Positions 1 through 9,360 of a stretch of DNA of 61,895 nt are shown piece after piece. Numbering within the stretch: position 1 is the stretch's first letter; every line of letters starts with the position of its first letter. The notes under the pieces were generated by a model, which had not been told where the DNA came from, made no database searches, and saw only the letters and a program-made list of their open reading frames with translations. The stretch is from Candidatus Heimdallarchaeota archaeon. GTDB lineage: Archaea > Asgardarchaeota > Heimdallarchaeia > Heimdallarchaeales > Heimdallarchaeaceae. The position numbers were made by a program, and so were the translations under genes. The stretch covers positions 1 to 61,895 of the forward strand of contig DAOVET010000006.1 of assembly GCA_030668825.1 (NCBI GenBank). Direction: 5' to 3'.

Positions 1-1
1 T

Positions 2-115
2 GCTAAAGCAGAAGTTGAAGATTTAAAGAAATTATTATCAGTAAACGAAGAGATTGTAAGCCAGATTTTATCATTAGCTCAAAAATCTTTACATAAATCT
101 CCATACGAAGACTGA
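2..115 (+). CDS. 3' end of a truncated CDS (possible C-terminal helix-hairpin-helix-like segment)
   Basis: Open frame from base 2, AKAEVEDLKKLLSVNEEIVSQILSLAQKSLHKSPYED*, stop TGA at 113-115; too short to assign a family. Confidence 0.45.
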   Translation, partial: AKAEVEDLKKLLSVNEEIVSQILSLAQKSLHKSPYED

Positions 116-265
116 AAGTTACTCCCTTTTTGGTAGATTAAGAATCACAAAAAAGGCTTAGTTCGGTTTTTCTCGAAGTGATGAGATATTTAGCATTAAG
201 GAATAGTATATAAATGAAAATATCGTATTTTACGTGGTTAAGTGGAATACTTAACCGGTGATAAA

Positions 266-1138
266 ATGAAAAGAATTTTAATATTCTCAAGCGGGGTTCT
301 TTTGCTTATCTTCTTAATGGCTCTCATATCACCTGTGAAAGCCAATGCAACCTGGGGGTTTGAGACTGATAAGACCTATGCATTCGAGTTGAAACAACTA
401 AACGTGTATGGTGCAAGTTATGTCCTAGGGTTGAAACAAAATACAACTATGAAAATTGTATTTACAGATACCAACGATACAGGATATAGTTATAACAAAA
501 TTGACTTTGAAGGTACAATTACTCCGAATTCAACAGTTTTTGTACCCGTTGAAGTTGCTGAAAATGTTACATTTGTTATGCCTCAAGGATTGCCAATAGC
601 TCTACCATTATCATACGGTTTGATACCTGATTATTTGGCTGCTTTTGGTCAATTTATTAATGAGACCAATTCCAATATGATGTTTGGAGATTTATTGTTT
701 AATATGACAGATTTTGGAAACATTACCTATATGGATGTATATTCTATCTATAATGAAAATTATTTGTATGGTAAGTTAGACTTGTTTGCTACAGTATTAA
801 ATGAAACAACTCTCACCAATTTGATGGCAGGATTTAATACTGGGGAAATAGGATTTTTTATTCCTACAATCATAACAGACTTCAAACTTAATGCTACGAT
901 AGCTTACAATGCAACATCAGGACTGTTTGATTATTTCAAAATAACGATTAGATCTATCTCTGAATACGAAGGTCATGTGGATAATTTTGATGTGGATATC
1001 AAATATGGTCTTTACATACCACCTCCACCATATACGCCAACTCCAACCCCAACCCCAACAAACTTTCCGTGGTTGGTTCCAATTGCGGCGATTTCGTTAA
1101 TATCTAGCGGTTTAGTTCTTAGAAGAAAGAAAAAATAA
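266..1138 (+). CDS. Secreted, probably N-glycosylated surface protein with C-terminal sorting-signal-like tail
   Basis: ATG 266 after GGTGA; signal peptide (MKRILIF...VKANA); many NxS/T sequons; PPPPYTPTPTPTPT linker, then NFPW, TM helix and RRKKK. Confidence 0.75.
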   Translation: MKRILIFSSGVLLLIFLMALISPVKANATWGFETDKTYAFELKQLNVYGASYVLGLKQNTTMKIVFTDTNDTGYSYNKIDFEGTITPNSTVFVPVEVAENVTFVMPQGLPIALPLSYGLIPDYLAAFGQFINETNSNMMFGDLLFNMTDFGNITYMDVYSIYNENYLYGKLDLFATVLNETTLTNLMAGFNTGEIGFFIPTIITDFKLNATIAYNATSGLFDYFKITIRSISEYEGHVDNFDVDIKYGLYIPPPPYTPTPTPTPTNFPWLVPIAAISLISSGLVLRRKKK

Positions 1139-1144
1139 CCGCTC

Positions 1145-1161
1145 ATTCTTTCTTTTTTTTT
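1145..1161 (+). terminator. Oligo-T archaeal-type terminator
   Basis: T-rich tract immediately after the stop at 1138. Confidence 0.45.
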
Positions 1162-1198
1162 AGACGAATATTTTTTAACTACATTACATTAGTTTCTA

Positions 1199-2323
1199 TT
1201 GAATACATTGAGTCTCAGAAACGATGAATACCTTATACTTCAGCACATCTTAAAAGATCCAATTATACCTTACAGTAGATTGGCAGAAAAAATCAAATTG
1301 TCCTCCCCGACCGTAAAAAAGCGTATAGATTCGCTTCTAGGAGAAAATGTAATTAGTAGTTTTCATGCAGAATATCATCCTGAATCATTAGGTTTGGAAA
1401 GCCATATCTATCTTTTAAAAATCAATTCCATAGACAAGTATTTGATTGTTGAAAAGATTCTAGATTTCCATCCATATTTGGTAGTTCGACAAAGGTGCTA
1501 TGGTGGAATTACAGGTATTTTTCTAAAAATTCATATTCCTATAGGCTCTCTAAGTAATATCAATAATTTTCTTAACTATTTGGTTGACAGTGACTTAGTA
1601 GAAGAAATAGTCCATTCCTCAACTATTGGTCAAGGAATTAAAACAAGAATTGATCTTTCATATTGGGACCCCTCTAATAGTAAATGGTTCTTTAAATGGG
1701 ATATGTGGAAGAAAAATATAGATGTTGTTGATTATGTTTCAAAATTTGATTATTATCAAAAGATATCAAGAGAAAAACCAAAAAATGTTCTCAATCAGCT
1801 AAAATATCTCGATTTTCAAATTTTGAAAGAGTTAGTACATGATCCAACTCAAAAATATGCTAATGTTTCAAAGCAGCTGGATGTGCCACAATATACTTTA
1901 TCACGACGAAAGAAATTTCTGAGTAAAAATGTTATACGCAATTATCTAGTAGAAGTTGATAGATCATTTTTTGGATTAGAAGATGAGTTAGTTTTCAAAG
2001 CTATATGTAGTCAAAGAGCAATGTCCAAGATAGTTTATCTCCTTCGCGAACTAACTCTACCATTTGAATCAGATTTTCGTGAAACAGTCAGGGGTTTCTT
2101 GTGGAAGATATTACTACCTCCAAAGGATAAACTAGAGCTATTCAACATTTTATGGTCTTTGTTCCCTGATCTTCAAATTATGATGTTAGATCCTCACACA
2201 ACTGTTACAAAAGAATTTAATCCGAATAATTACTCCTTTATAGAGCAATCTTGGAAGGATTCTGAGGACTTTATGATATCACAAGTTCTAGAAAAAGCAA
2301 GAAGAGAATTGCTCCTTGCTTAA
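1199..2323 (+). CDS. Tandem Lrp/AsnC-family transcriptional regulator (two wHTH repeats)
   Basis: DPIIPYSRLAEKIKLSSPTVKKRIDSL and a second repeat DPTQKYANVSKQLDVPQYTLSRR, each followed by a ferredoxin-like segment. Confidence 0.75.
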   Translation: MNTLSLRNDEYLILQHILKDPIIPYSRLAEKIKLSSPTVKKRIDSLLGENVISSFHAEYHPESLGLESHIYLLKINSIDKYLIVEKILDFHPYLVVRQRCYGGITGIFLKIHIPIGSLSNINNFLNYLVDSDLVEEIVHSSTIGQGIKTRIDLSYWDPSNSKWFFKWDMWKKNIDVVDYVSKFDYYQKISREKPKNVLNQLKYLDFQILKELVHDPTQKYANVSKQLDVPQYTLSRRKKFLSKNVIRNYLVEVDRSFFGLEDELVFKAICSQRAMSKIVYLLRELTLPFESDFRETVRGFLWKILLPPKDKLELFNILWSLFPDLQIMMLDPHTTVTKEFNPNNYSFIEQSWKDSEDFMISQVLEKARRELLLA

Positions 2324-2341
2324 AGCAATTTTATGTAAATA

Positions 2342-5248
2342 TCAAACAATTGCTCGTAATTCTTGAACTATTTCATATTTCATCTGCTTTCTTATTATTG
2401 GTATGGCACCCAGTAATGCTGCTACACACAATGTTACTATCATGATAGCTAAAAGACCAAAATCAATATGCAGAGTCATTGTAATTACTTCATGTGGTAT
2501 CAAAAGTGGTTTCAAGAATGTCAAAGCTAATATTGAACTTAAGAATCCTAGAGGAATTCCAATCAGCAGTGTTGATATCAAGAAAACCGATATTTCACCC
2601 ACTAACATTTTCCGTATTTTACCTTGATTTCCTCCAAGTGCTAGTATAACTGCGTTTTCTCGTCGTCTTTGTCCTAATATAAAATCAGTTGATATTAAAA
2701 TATAAACAACACCAACAACATTCAAAACTATTGCTCCCATCAGTAATGTAATTGTTACGTGAGGAATATATTTTACAATAAAATACCCAATATAATCAGG
2801 ATTGATCTGTTGAGGATTGACAGTCATTAATGGATATAATGCCTCTATTTCTTCTTTAATGAGGTTTAAATCTGCTCCTTCTTCTGCTGTTGCTAAGAAT
2901 AAAGTTCCATTATGAACTCCCAAATCATTGATAAGAATATCCTTTTTGAGGAGTACCCACTCATAATTTTCTCTATTCATTTTTGGATCAAATCCATGCG
3001 CTATTCCTAATCCTGGAGCTGATTTTATCATTGCAGAAACATTAAACTCCTTGGTAAATGGTCCTCCTCTGAAGTCTGTTACAGTCATATTTTCACCAAT
3101 AGTAAACTCAAGCCTCTCAACAATGTAATCACTGAGAATTATACTAGAAGGAGACTCTTCAAGCGTTGTAAGAGCAGATTCTGGATCTATATCAGAAAAA
3201 CTATTATCCGTCCATCTCCCAATACTCAAAAATTTAGAAGGGTCAACTCCAAATACATCTACATTTAGTGATCCAACAATTGCTTTAATTGATTGAAAAC
3301 CCATTATTTCATCTATACCCTCAATTCCTCCCAACTTCTCTTCAAATTCGGTAATGTTTACAGCGACGAGAGATTGAATTCTAATATCAGAACCCCTTCT
3401 GTATGCATCTTCGATAATATTATTATGAATCGTTGTTGATCGAATGGTTACAAATGTGGTAAGTAGACAGATTATTAGAATTAAGAAGAATGTTAAATCT
3501 TGTAAGCTCTTAGTTTGTCGTTTAATGTTTTTATAAATTAGAAATGAATTCTGCCCAAAAACAAACTTGTAAGTCTTTTTAATTGCTCTAAGAACATAAT
3601 TGATTCCAATCGAAACAAAGTAACTTAGAAAGAATAGTACTGCTATAAAAGCTAAAAGTGCATTCGAACTAGCTCCTATTGAGCCGTATCCAAAACTGTA
3701 ACTGCTCCTGGCTACTCTAGTATAATCTACCATCAGAAAAATAAAACCTGCAAGTGTTAATGCGAATGCAGCAAGTTTTATCCACATTCCTAGAAGACGT
3801 TGTCCTCTTACTGTTATGATCATAGATTCATGAATATCCTTCCTAACAAAGGAAATAACATTGATTAACGTCATTCCTAGATATATCCCTAGAACCAAAA
3901 CAGAGTAAATTTCAATATCATATGGAGATATAGTTAGATATTCGAAATATCTCGTAAAAAGTGATTTACTAAAGAATCCTTCATGACCAAGAGCCGGGAT
4001 GAGAGCCGCCATTAGAATTCCCGTTCCAATACTCAGAATCAGTGACAACGTACTAACCAGTATAAATTCACCAAAAAATATTGCTATAATCTGAATGCTA
4101 ACAGCTCCCTTTGATCGTAGAAAGGTTATTTCCTCCTTTCTTTTCTTAACAGTCATTTGTGAAGCTAGAATGGTTAGAAAAATTGTAGCAACGATTGCGG
4201 GTGTAAATAATACTGTTGAGCTGAAAGTTCTTGCATATTCGTTGGCCATTGATTGAATTTCTTGAGAAAGAATATAACAATAAGCATGAAAGAATCTGAT
4301 TTTTATTCTTTCACTGAGTGCATGAAGGGTGTCAGGCATTTGAGATATCCCATTTATTCTTAGCTGTTGGGCATTAGTTTTAACAAGTAATCTTGGTAAA
4401 AGCCCATTCGAATCTATAATGAACCGATCAATGCCTGATAGGTCTTCCAAAGGGAAGAAAATAGAGTCTAGAAGCATTCCCCCTGTGTTTTCAAGCCCTC
4501 CTAGTAGTTTAGCTATAGCAGTGTTATATCCTACATACTTGTAAATACCTGTTATCGTATAGTTACTAAAAATCGTTTCATTAATATCATAAAATCGCAT
4601 TTGATTTTCCCCAATATCTGTGTTGGGGATTCTTCTTGATATAGCAACATTGATTTCATCGCCAGGAGAAATGGTCTTGTTATAAATTACTTCCAACTGT
4701 TTTGCTTGTGTATAACTAATCAAGATTTCTCCAGAATTCAGGGAAGCGTTTCCTTCAATTTCTAAATTCAGTTTGATTCTATCAATAGCTCTTGATGAAA
4801 TAAGATGAGCAGAAGTTAATGATACTGGATTACTCATATTCTCTTGTTGATTTTCCGGATACCACCTATAATAGGGTCCTTTATCTTCGAAGTTAAACAG
4901 AGCAACAGTAGGATAATACCAGTCAACCTGCTTCACAAGATAATCACCTACTGTATAAGCATACACCGAATCCATAGCATTTGTGAGGTATGTTGAAACA
5001 TACATTTCATAATCTAAAGTTTCTATATAATCGTCTGCGATTATTAATTGGGATGTTTGAGTCCAGATAGATGAAGTAAAAAGAATAGATAGTGAAAAAA
5101 CTAACCCTATTGTTATTATCATCATACTTTTTTTTCTGTTACTAATGTTCTTCCAAATTAATCTCAAGTTAAATGAAAATCCAGCTAAAAGTTTCTCAAG
5201 AAAGGTTTGTTTTTTTTCTGTACCAATATAGTCATCTAGTTTATTCAT
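2342..5248 (-). CDS. ABC transporter permease, FtsX/MacB type (duplicated)
   Basis: Two FtsX-like motifs (KRKEEITFLRSKGA; QRRRENAVILALGG), large extracellular loops; likely ATG 5248 overlaps the ATPase stop. Confidence 0.85.
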   Translation of the reverse strand: MNKLDDYIGTEKKQTFLEKLLAGFSFNLRLIWKNISNRKKSMMIITIGLVFSLSILFTSSIWTQTSQLIIADDYIETLDYEMYVSTYLTNAMDSVYAYTVGDYLVKQVDWYYPTVALFNFEDKGPYYRWYPENQQENMSNPVSLTSAHLISSRAIDRIKLNLEIEGNASLNSGEILISYTQAKQLEVIYNKTISPGDEINVAISRRIPNTDIGENQMRFYDINETIFSNYTITGIYKYVGYNTAIAKLLGGLENTGGMLLDSIFFPLEDLSGIDRFIIDSNGLLPRLLVKTNAQQLRINGISQMPDTLHALSERIKIRFFHAYCYILSQEIQSMANEYARTFSSTVLFTPAIVATIFLTILASQMTVKKRKEEITFLRSKGAVSIQIIAIFFGEFILVSTLSLILSIGTGILMAALIPALGHEGFFSKSLFTRYFEYLTISPYDIEIYSVLVLGIYLGMTLINVISFVRKDIHESMIITVRGQRLLGMWIKLAAFALTLAGFIFLMVDYTRVARSSYSFGYGSIGASSNALLAFIAVLFFLSYFVSIGINYVLRAIKKTYKFVFGQNSFLIYKNIKRQTKSLQDLTFFLILIICLLTTFVTIRSTTIHNNIIEDAYRRGSDIRIQSLVAVNITEFEEKLGGIEGIDEIMGFQSIKAIVGSLNVDVFGVDPSKFLSIGRWTDNSFSDIDPESALTTLEESPSSIILSDYIVERLEFTIGENMTVTDFRGGPFTKEFNVSAMIKSAPGLGIAHGFDPKMNRENYEWVLLKKDILINDLGVHNGTLFLATAEEGADLNLIKEEIEALYPLMTVNPQQINPDYIGYFIVKYIPHVTITLLMGAIVLNVVGVVYILISTDFILGQRRRENAVILALGGNQGKIRKMLVGEISVFLISTLLIGIPLGFLSSILALTFLKPLLIPHEVITMTLHIDFGLLAIMIVTLCVAALLGAIPIIRKQMKYEIVQELRAIV

Positions 5249-5996
5249 TATTTTCACCCTTGAATAGAAATTCAAATTCTGATTTATCATAACCTATGTC
5301 TGCAAAATCTTCAGAATCATGTTCAACGATTACCCCTTTTTGCAGTACAAAAATTCTTGAAGCCATTTTAGTAAAATAAGGATCATGTGAAGTATAAATC
5401 ATAGTCATTTTATTCTTCTTTGCTAGACGCAAAAGAAGTGACATTATGCTATCTCCTGTCTTACTGTCCAAAGTACCTGTAGGTTCATCGGCAATTAGAA
5501 CTGAAGGATTATTTACTATTGCTCTAGCAACACAAACTCTTTGTTTCTCACCTGAACTTAATTCTTGAGGTAAATTTAGAGCTTTTCCCCCTAAACCAAC
5601 TTGGTTTAGTAATTGGAGAGCAATATCCTGAGCAATTTCCTCTGATTCCCCTCGCAAAATTATGGGAACCATAACATTTTCTAAAGCATTAAGGTGCTCA
5701 AGAAGGTAAAATTCCTGAAAAATAAAGCCGATCTCTTTTAGTCTATATTCAAATAGTTGGTCAGTAGTCCATTCATTGATGTCTTTACCATCATAATATA
5801 TTTTTCCAGCTGTTGGTTTATCTATACCAGCTAGAAGATTTAACGTTGTTGTTTTTCCCGAACCTGAAGCACCAAGTAAGCAGATTACCTCACCTCTAGC
5901 TACTTCAAAACTTATCCCACGTAATACTGTTAACTCTTCAGCTCTAGATGAATAAGATTTGAGTAAATTGCTAATAATTATCTGGCTGTCGACCAT
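5241..5996 (-). CDS. ABC transporter ATP-binding protein, LolD/MacB family
   Basis: Walker A GASGSGKT, Q-loop GFIFQ, signature LSSGEKQR, Walker B LIADEPTG, H-loop. Confidence 0.93.
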   Translation of the reverse strand: MVDSQIIISNLLKSYSSRAEELTVLRGISFEVARGEVICLLGASGSGKTTTLNLLAGIDKPTAGKIYYDGKDINEWTTDQLFEYRLKEIGFIFQEFYLLEHLNALENVMVPIILRGESEEIAQDIALQLLNQVGLGGKALNLPQELSSGEKQRVCVARAIVNNPSVLIADEPTGTLDSKTGDSIMSLLLRLAKKNKMTMIYTSHDPYFTKMASRIFVLQKGVIVEHDSEDFADIGYDKSEFEFLFKGENNE

Positions 5997-6055
5997 GGGA
6001 CTAAAGAAGTGATATTCTAAACACTTAAATCATTTTTCTTTTCTCAATACACTAA

Positions 6056-6226
6056 TTATCTAGCCGCATATTCAATAACATACCAAAATATAACTACAAT
6101 CAAAACAAATAGTATACCAATAAGAACCTTCTTCCAATCACGATTTCCATACTCCTCTTCTTCGATTTCAGTGTCAATTTCACTCTTCTCCTCTTCATCT
6201 ACTTTGATTTTCTTTTTTTCTGTCAT
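6056..6226 (-). CDS. Small tail-anchored membrane protein, 56 aa (absent from the ORF track)
   Basis: MTEKKKIKVDEEEKSEIDTEIEEEEYGNRDWKKVLIGILFVLIVVIFWYVIEYAAR*; GAAGTGA RBS-like element upstream. Confidence 0.65.
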   Translation of the reverse strand: MTEKKKIKVDEEEKSEIDTEIEEEEYGNRDWKKVLIGILFVLIVVIFWYVIEYAAR

Positions 6227-6542
6227 TGGTTCACTTCTCTTATCGGATTTAAATGGTGATAGTAGTTTTTGTAATTCACTTAAATATTTTATAGTTTATC
6301 AATTTTATGGGGTATGATTTTTCGTACAAGAGTTTGAGGGTTTGAATGTTCTTTGTATATAATTGGTACTTGTAGGTTGTTGACTAGACATACTGAAAAG
6401 GAAAAAAAGCGGACTGTAACTCATCAGCTTGTTGATGAGGTGGTGTAGGAGGGGCTGTGGCGTCTCATTCAGTCGTTTCTTCCAAACAACTGATAAAGAA
6501 GGTTGTGCTAAACTCTCATGCCATAAGTTTTACAGATGATGT

Positions 6543-7028
6543 TTAGTCTTCATTCTCTAAATTATCAACTGTTCTAATAATGTTGTCAGATACATAAATA
6601 TCGGCATTAGCTAACAGGGCTAACAGTGTAGCATGACTTGGAATCATCTGAAAATGTTGGACATCTGAAAATCCTTCCAACCTAATTTCAACAGTTGCTT
6701 GATAAGCATTTGAATAAGGAATTATGGAATCGATTATGATTTTTTCAACTACACAAATCTCTGGAATAAGTTCTGCTAGTGTAAGTCGCGAATCATTACC
6801 ATTAACTCCACCAATAATCCTTGAAATATCAACAGCTATTGAAATAGGGACATTTGCCATTAGGAAGTTTTCACCATTTTCAAGTTCAAAATTCAGTAAT
6901 GGAATTTCAGCATGTTCGATCCCACTTAAATCCTTTTCAGCTGTAAGTACATCTGGACTAGCTGTAAGTACATCTATATTAATCACTTTGAACAGCTTTG
7001 TATCTTCTGAAAAGGAACTGTTTTCCAT
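6543..7028 (-). CDS. Bifunctional nuclease (DUF151)-like protein, divergent
   Basis: Resembles DUF151: RLTLAELI, VEKIIIDS..AYQATV, IPSHATLLALLANADIYVSD. Confidence 0.65.
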   Translation of the reverse strand: MENSSFSEDTKLFKVINIDVLTASPDVLTAEKDLSGIEHAEIPLLNFELENGENFLMANVPISIAVDISRIIGGVNGNDSRLTLAELIPEICVVEKIIIDSIIPYSNAYQATVEIRLEGFSDVQHFQMIPSHATLLALLANADIYVSDNIIRTVDNLENED

Positions 7029-7186
7029 AAGAATACTGCTTGGAATATATTGAAAAATGTTAGGTTAGTCTCCATCGTAGTTCTTTCAATTATAGCGGGT
7101 GTTATTAAAGAAGGAAAAGCACTAATACTTTTACTTTTAAATGATATCAATCTGCTAATTGGCTTTTAGCAAAGCACTAACATTGG

Positions 7187-7951
7187 ATGTTAAGAATGAT
7201 AAACAGAGTGAAAAATCATCTAAAAAATCCTAAAAATAGAATCAACATTATCCTTAAAATGTCTATTTCTGCATCGTTAGCTAGCCTAGGAATTGTTCTT
7301 TCCACTATTGTTGTTTTTGTCCCAAATATGGAGTTCATCTCTGTAACTATTTTTCTCGTTTCAATATTGTTTGGGGTTTACTATGGTTTGATGGTAGCTG
7401 TTTCAGTATCTGTCGTTTATGAGTTTATTATAATAGCAATAATAGGGTCAGCAGGTTATCTAATTTTTTTTAAATTAATATGCTATGTTAGTTTAGCTGT
7501 GGTTACAGGTTTAATGAGAAAGATATTCCTAAGGCTTTCTTATTGGGAATTAGGTGTCTTTGGAAGTTTCTTTGCAATTATCTATGATATAATAACTACA
7601 ATCGGATATCAAATTGTAGTCATTAGTACAATTGGTAATCAAACTGTAGTCATTGGAAGTGATTTTGTTTTCCAATATTTGTTAGTACTTCCTGGAAGTG
7701 GTATTATTTTTCCCATAGCTCATGTGGTCGGTAATTTTGTTTTCCAATATTTGTTAGTACTTCTTGGAAGTGGTATTATTTTTACCATTGCTCATGTGGT
7801 CAGTAATTTTGTTTTGTTTAGTTTCACAAAGACTATGATAAATTGGATATATTCAGCTTTCAAGGCAAGAGGAATCAAACAGCTAATGATTCCTTCTATC
7901 TATGATGAGGAAACTACTGCATCTATCGTATCTGAAGGTGGTAAAACTTGA
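7187..7951 (+). CDS. ECF transporter S-component-like membrane protein (cobalamin CbrT-like)
   Basis: Multi-TM; VPNMEFIS motif, FGVYYG, HVVSN; overlaps a DUF4430-like gene. Confidence 0.6.
   Translation: MLRMINRVKNHLKNPKNRINIILKMSISASLASLGIVLSTIVVFVPNMEFISVTIFLVSILFGVYYGLMVAVSVSVVYEFIIIAIIGSAGYLIFFKLICYVSLAVVTGLMRKIFLRLSYWELGVFGSFFAIIYDIITTIGYQIVVISTIGNQTVVIGSDFVFQYLLVLPGSGIIFPIAHVVGNFVFQYLLVLLGSGIIFTIAHVVSNFVLFSFTKTMINWIYSAFKARGIKQLMIPSIYDEETTASIVSEGGKT
7598..7657 (+). repeat. 30-bp x2 in-frame tandem duplication
   Basis: acaatcggatatcaaattgtagtcattagt / acaattggtaatcaaactgtagtcattgga (6 mismatches). Confidence 0.75.
7662..7815 (+). repeat. 72-bp in-frame tandem duplication (2 copies plus 10-bp partial)
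   Basis: 7662-7733 and 7734-7805 differ at 4 positions; encodes FVFQYLLVL(P/L)GSGIIF(P/T)IAHVV(G/S)N twice. Confidence 0.95.
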
Positions 7952-8370
7952 AACGATCAAAGATAATTTTTCTTACACTAGCCATCATAATTCTGACAAT
8001 TATATCAATAGCTCTTTCATTCTATATCAAAAATGCAAAACCTAATGAGAATGGGGATGAGATTACAGTTTTAGTAATTATTAACTACGGTTCGCTGAAA
8101 ACCACAAACAATCATGAAGAATATAATGTCACTATTAAAGAGGGTTCTTCTTCTCTTGTTGCATTTTCCTTAGTTGCAGATTTAGAATTAACAAATTTCT
8201 CATTTGGATCTTATGTCAGGGGTGTAAATGGGTATACCGAAGTACTTCCTGATTATTGGGCATTTTATTATTATGATTATCTGATAGATAATTGGCAATA
8301 TTCTCCTTATGGAATTAGTAACTATTATTTGGAGGAAGATGATAGAATCAAACTACAGTACACAGGATAG
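7948..8370 (+). CDS. DUF4430 / transcobalamin-like C-terminal domain protein, membrane anchored
   Basis: N-terminal TM; FGSYVRGVNG, YWAFY, YSPYGISNYYLEEDDRIKLQY. Confidence 0.75.
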   Translation: MKRSKIIFLTLAIIILTIISIALSFYIKNAKPNENGDEITVLVIINYGSLKTTNNHEEYNVTIKEGSSSLVAFSLVADLELTNFSFGSYVRGVNGYTEVLPDYWAFYYYDYLIDNWQYSPYGISNYYLEEDDRIKLQYTG

Positions 8371-8402
8371 AAAATTGAAAAAGTTAATGAAGTGAATGAG
8401 AT

Positions 8403-9281
8403 ATGTCTGAATTCAAAGGTCGGTTCTTATTAATTGCTTACCAAGCACAACAACCAATTTCTCTTGTTGTTTTACCGGTTATTCTAATAAGCTATATAAT
8501 AGGAGTTCTCTATTCAAATTTGGAAACTCTTCTCGTTTTGTTTCCTTCTGGTGAAGGAGAATACTCTTTTCAAATTTTAGAGGGTTTAATTCTGGTATCG
8601 GTGGCTATTGGTTCTGGCTTTCTGATTGTTTTTGCTTTAAAAAAACATCTAATCTTGGTTTTGAAGTTATTCTTTGCTTTATCGTTTTTTGCATCCTCTG
8701 TGTGTATGTTATGGATCCATGGCTATCTCTTTGAAGTAACATTCCTCGAGAATGTTTTCTGGGTTGAGGTTGTCACAGCAGTACTAGGTGGAATTATAGG
8801 GTTTTTCGCTATCTGGTCCTTCATTCTAGGAAAAGGTGGTGTTAAAGTAAAAAATACAATAATTTTTCTTCTAGGGATTGCTATGGGAACCATATTTGGC
8901 ATGATATTTTCCTTTATTACATTCATAACTCTTATAGTTCTGATTTCATTGTTCGATATATATTCTGTCTTTAAGGGGCCTATAAGTAAGATATTCAAGA
9001 AAACAAATTTGTCTGTTTCATCTAAAACTCAACAAGAAGTAAGTCAATCAGTTGCAATTGGTATTGGTGATTTTATCTTTTATTCTTCCTTGGTTACTTT
9101 CATAACAAAAGAATTAGACCCAATTCTTGGTTTTGTTTCTATAATTGGTATTCTAGTTGGAATTAAGATTACGGAAAATATGCTTTTTAGATATGGTAAA
9201 TTTCCAGGATTACCAATACCTGTTCTTCTTTCCCTTGTCTTAGTTCTGATTGGGTGGTTATTTTCAACATATCTTCTTTAA
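8403..9281 (+). CDS. Presenilin/SPP-family (GxGD) intramembrane aspartyl protease
   Basis: ~9 TM; FDIYSV (YD motif), IGIGDF (GxGD), PGLP (PALP). Confidence 0.85.
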   Translation: MSEFKGRFLLIAYQAQQPISLVVLPVILISYIIGVLYSNLETLLVLFPSGEGEYSFQILEGLILVSVAIGSGFLIVFALKKHLILVLKLFFALSFFASSVCMLWIHGYLFEVTFLENVFWVEVVTAVLGGIIGFFAIWSFILGKGGVKVKNTIIFLLGIAMGTIFGMIFSFITFITLIVLISLFDIYSVFKGPISKIFKKTNLSVSSKTQQEVSQSVAIGIGDFIFYSSLVTFITKELDPILGFVSIIGILVGIKITENMLFRYGKFPGLPIPVLLSLVLVLIGWLFSTYLL

Positions 9282-9360
9282 GTTGTAACCATCTAAAACA
9301 TGCATAGAATATGAACAAAAATCAAAAGGTTTAAAATGACTCTCAAGGCAATTAACTCGG

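Noticed and set aside
1021-1060. CCA/ACC-rich microsatellite-like tract
   Set aside because: Explained by the Pro/Thr linker codons
6400-6540. SECIS element or C/D-box sRNA
   Set aside because: No in-frame TGA candidate in flanking genes; TGATGA (6433) and CTGA (6490) occur but without convincing internal D'/C' boxes
7029-7186. Cobalamin riboswitch upstream of the ECF/DUF4430 pair
   Set aside because: No B12-box or other conserved cobalamin riboswitch core visible; short AT-rich divergent promoter region
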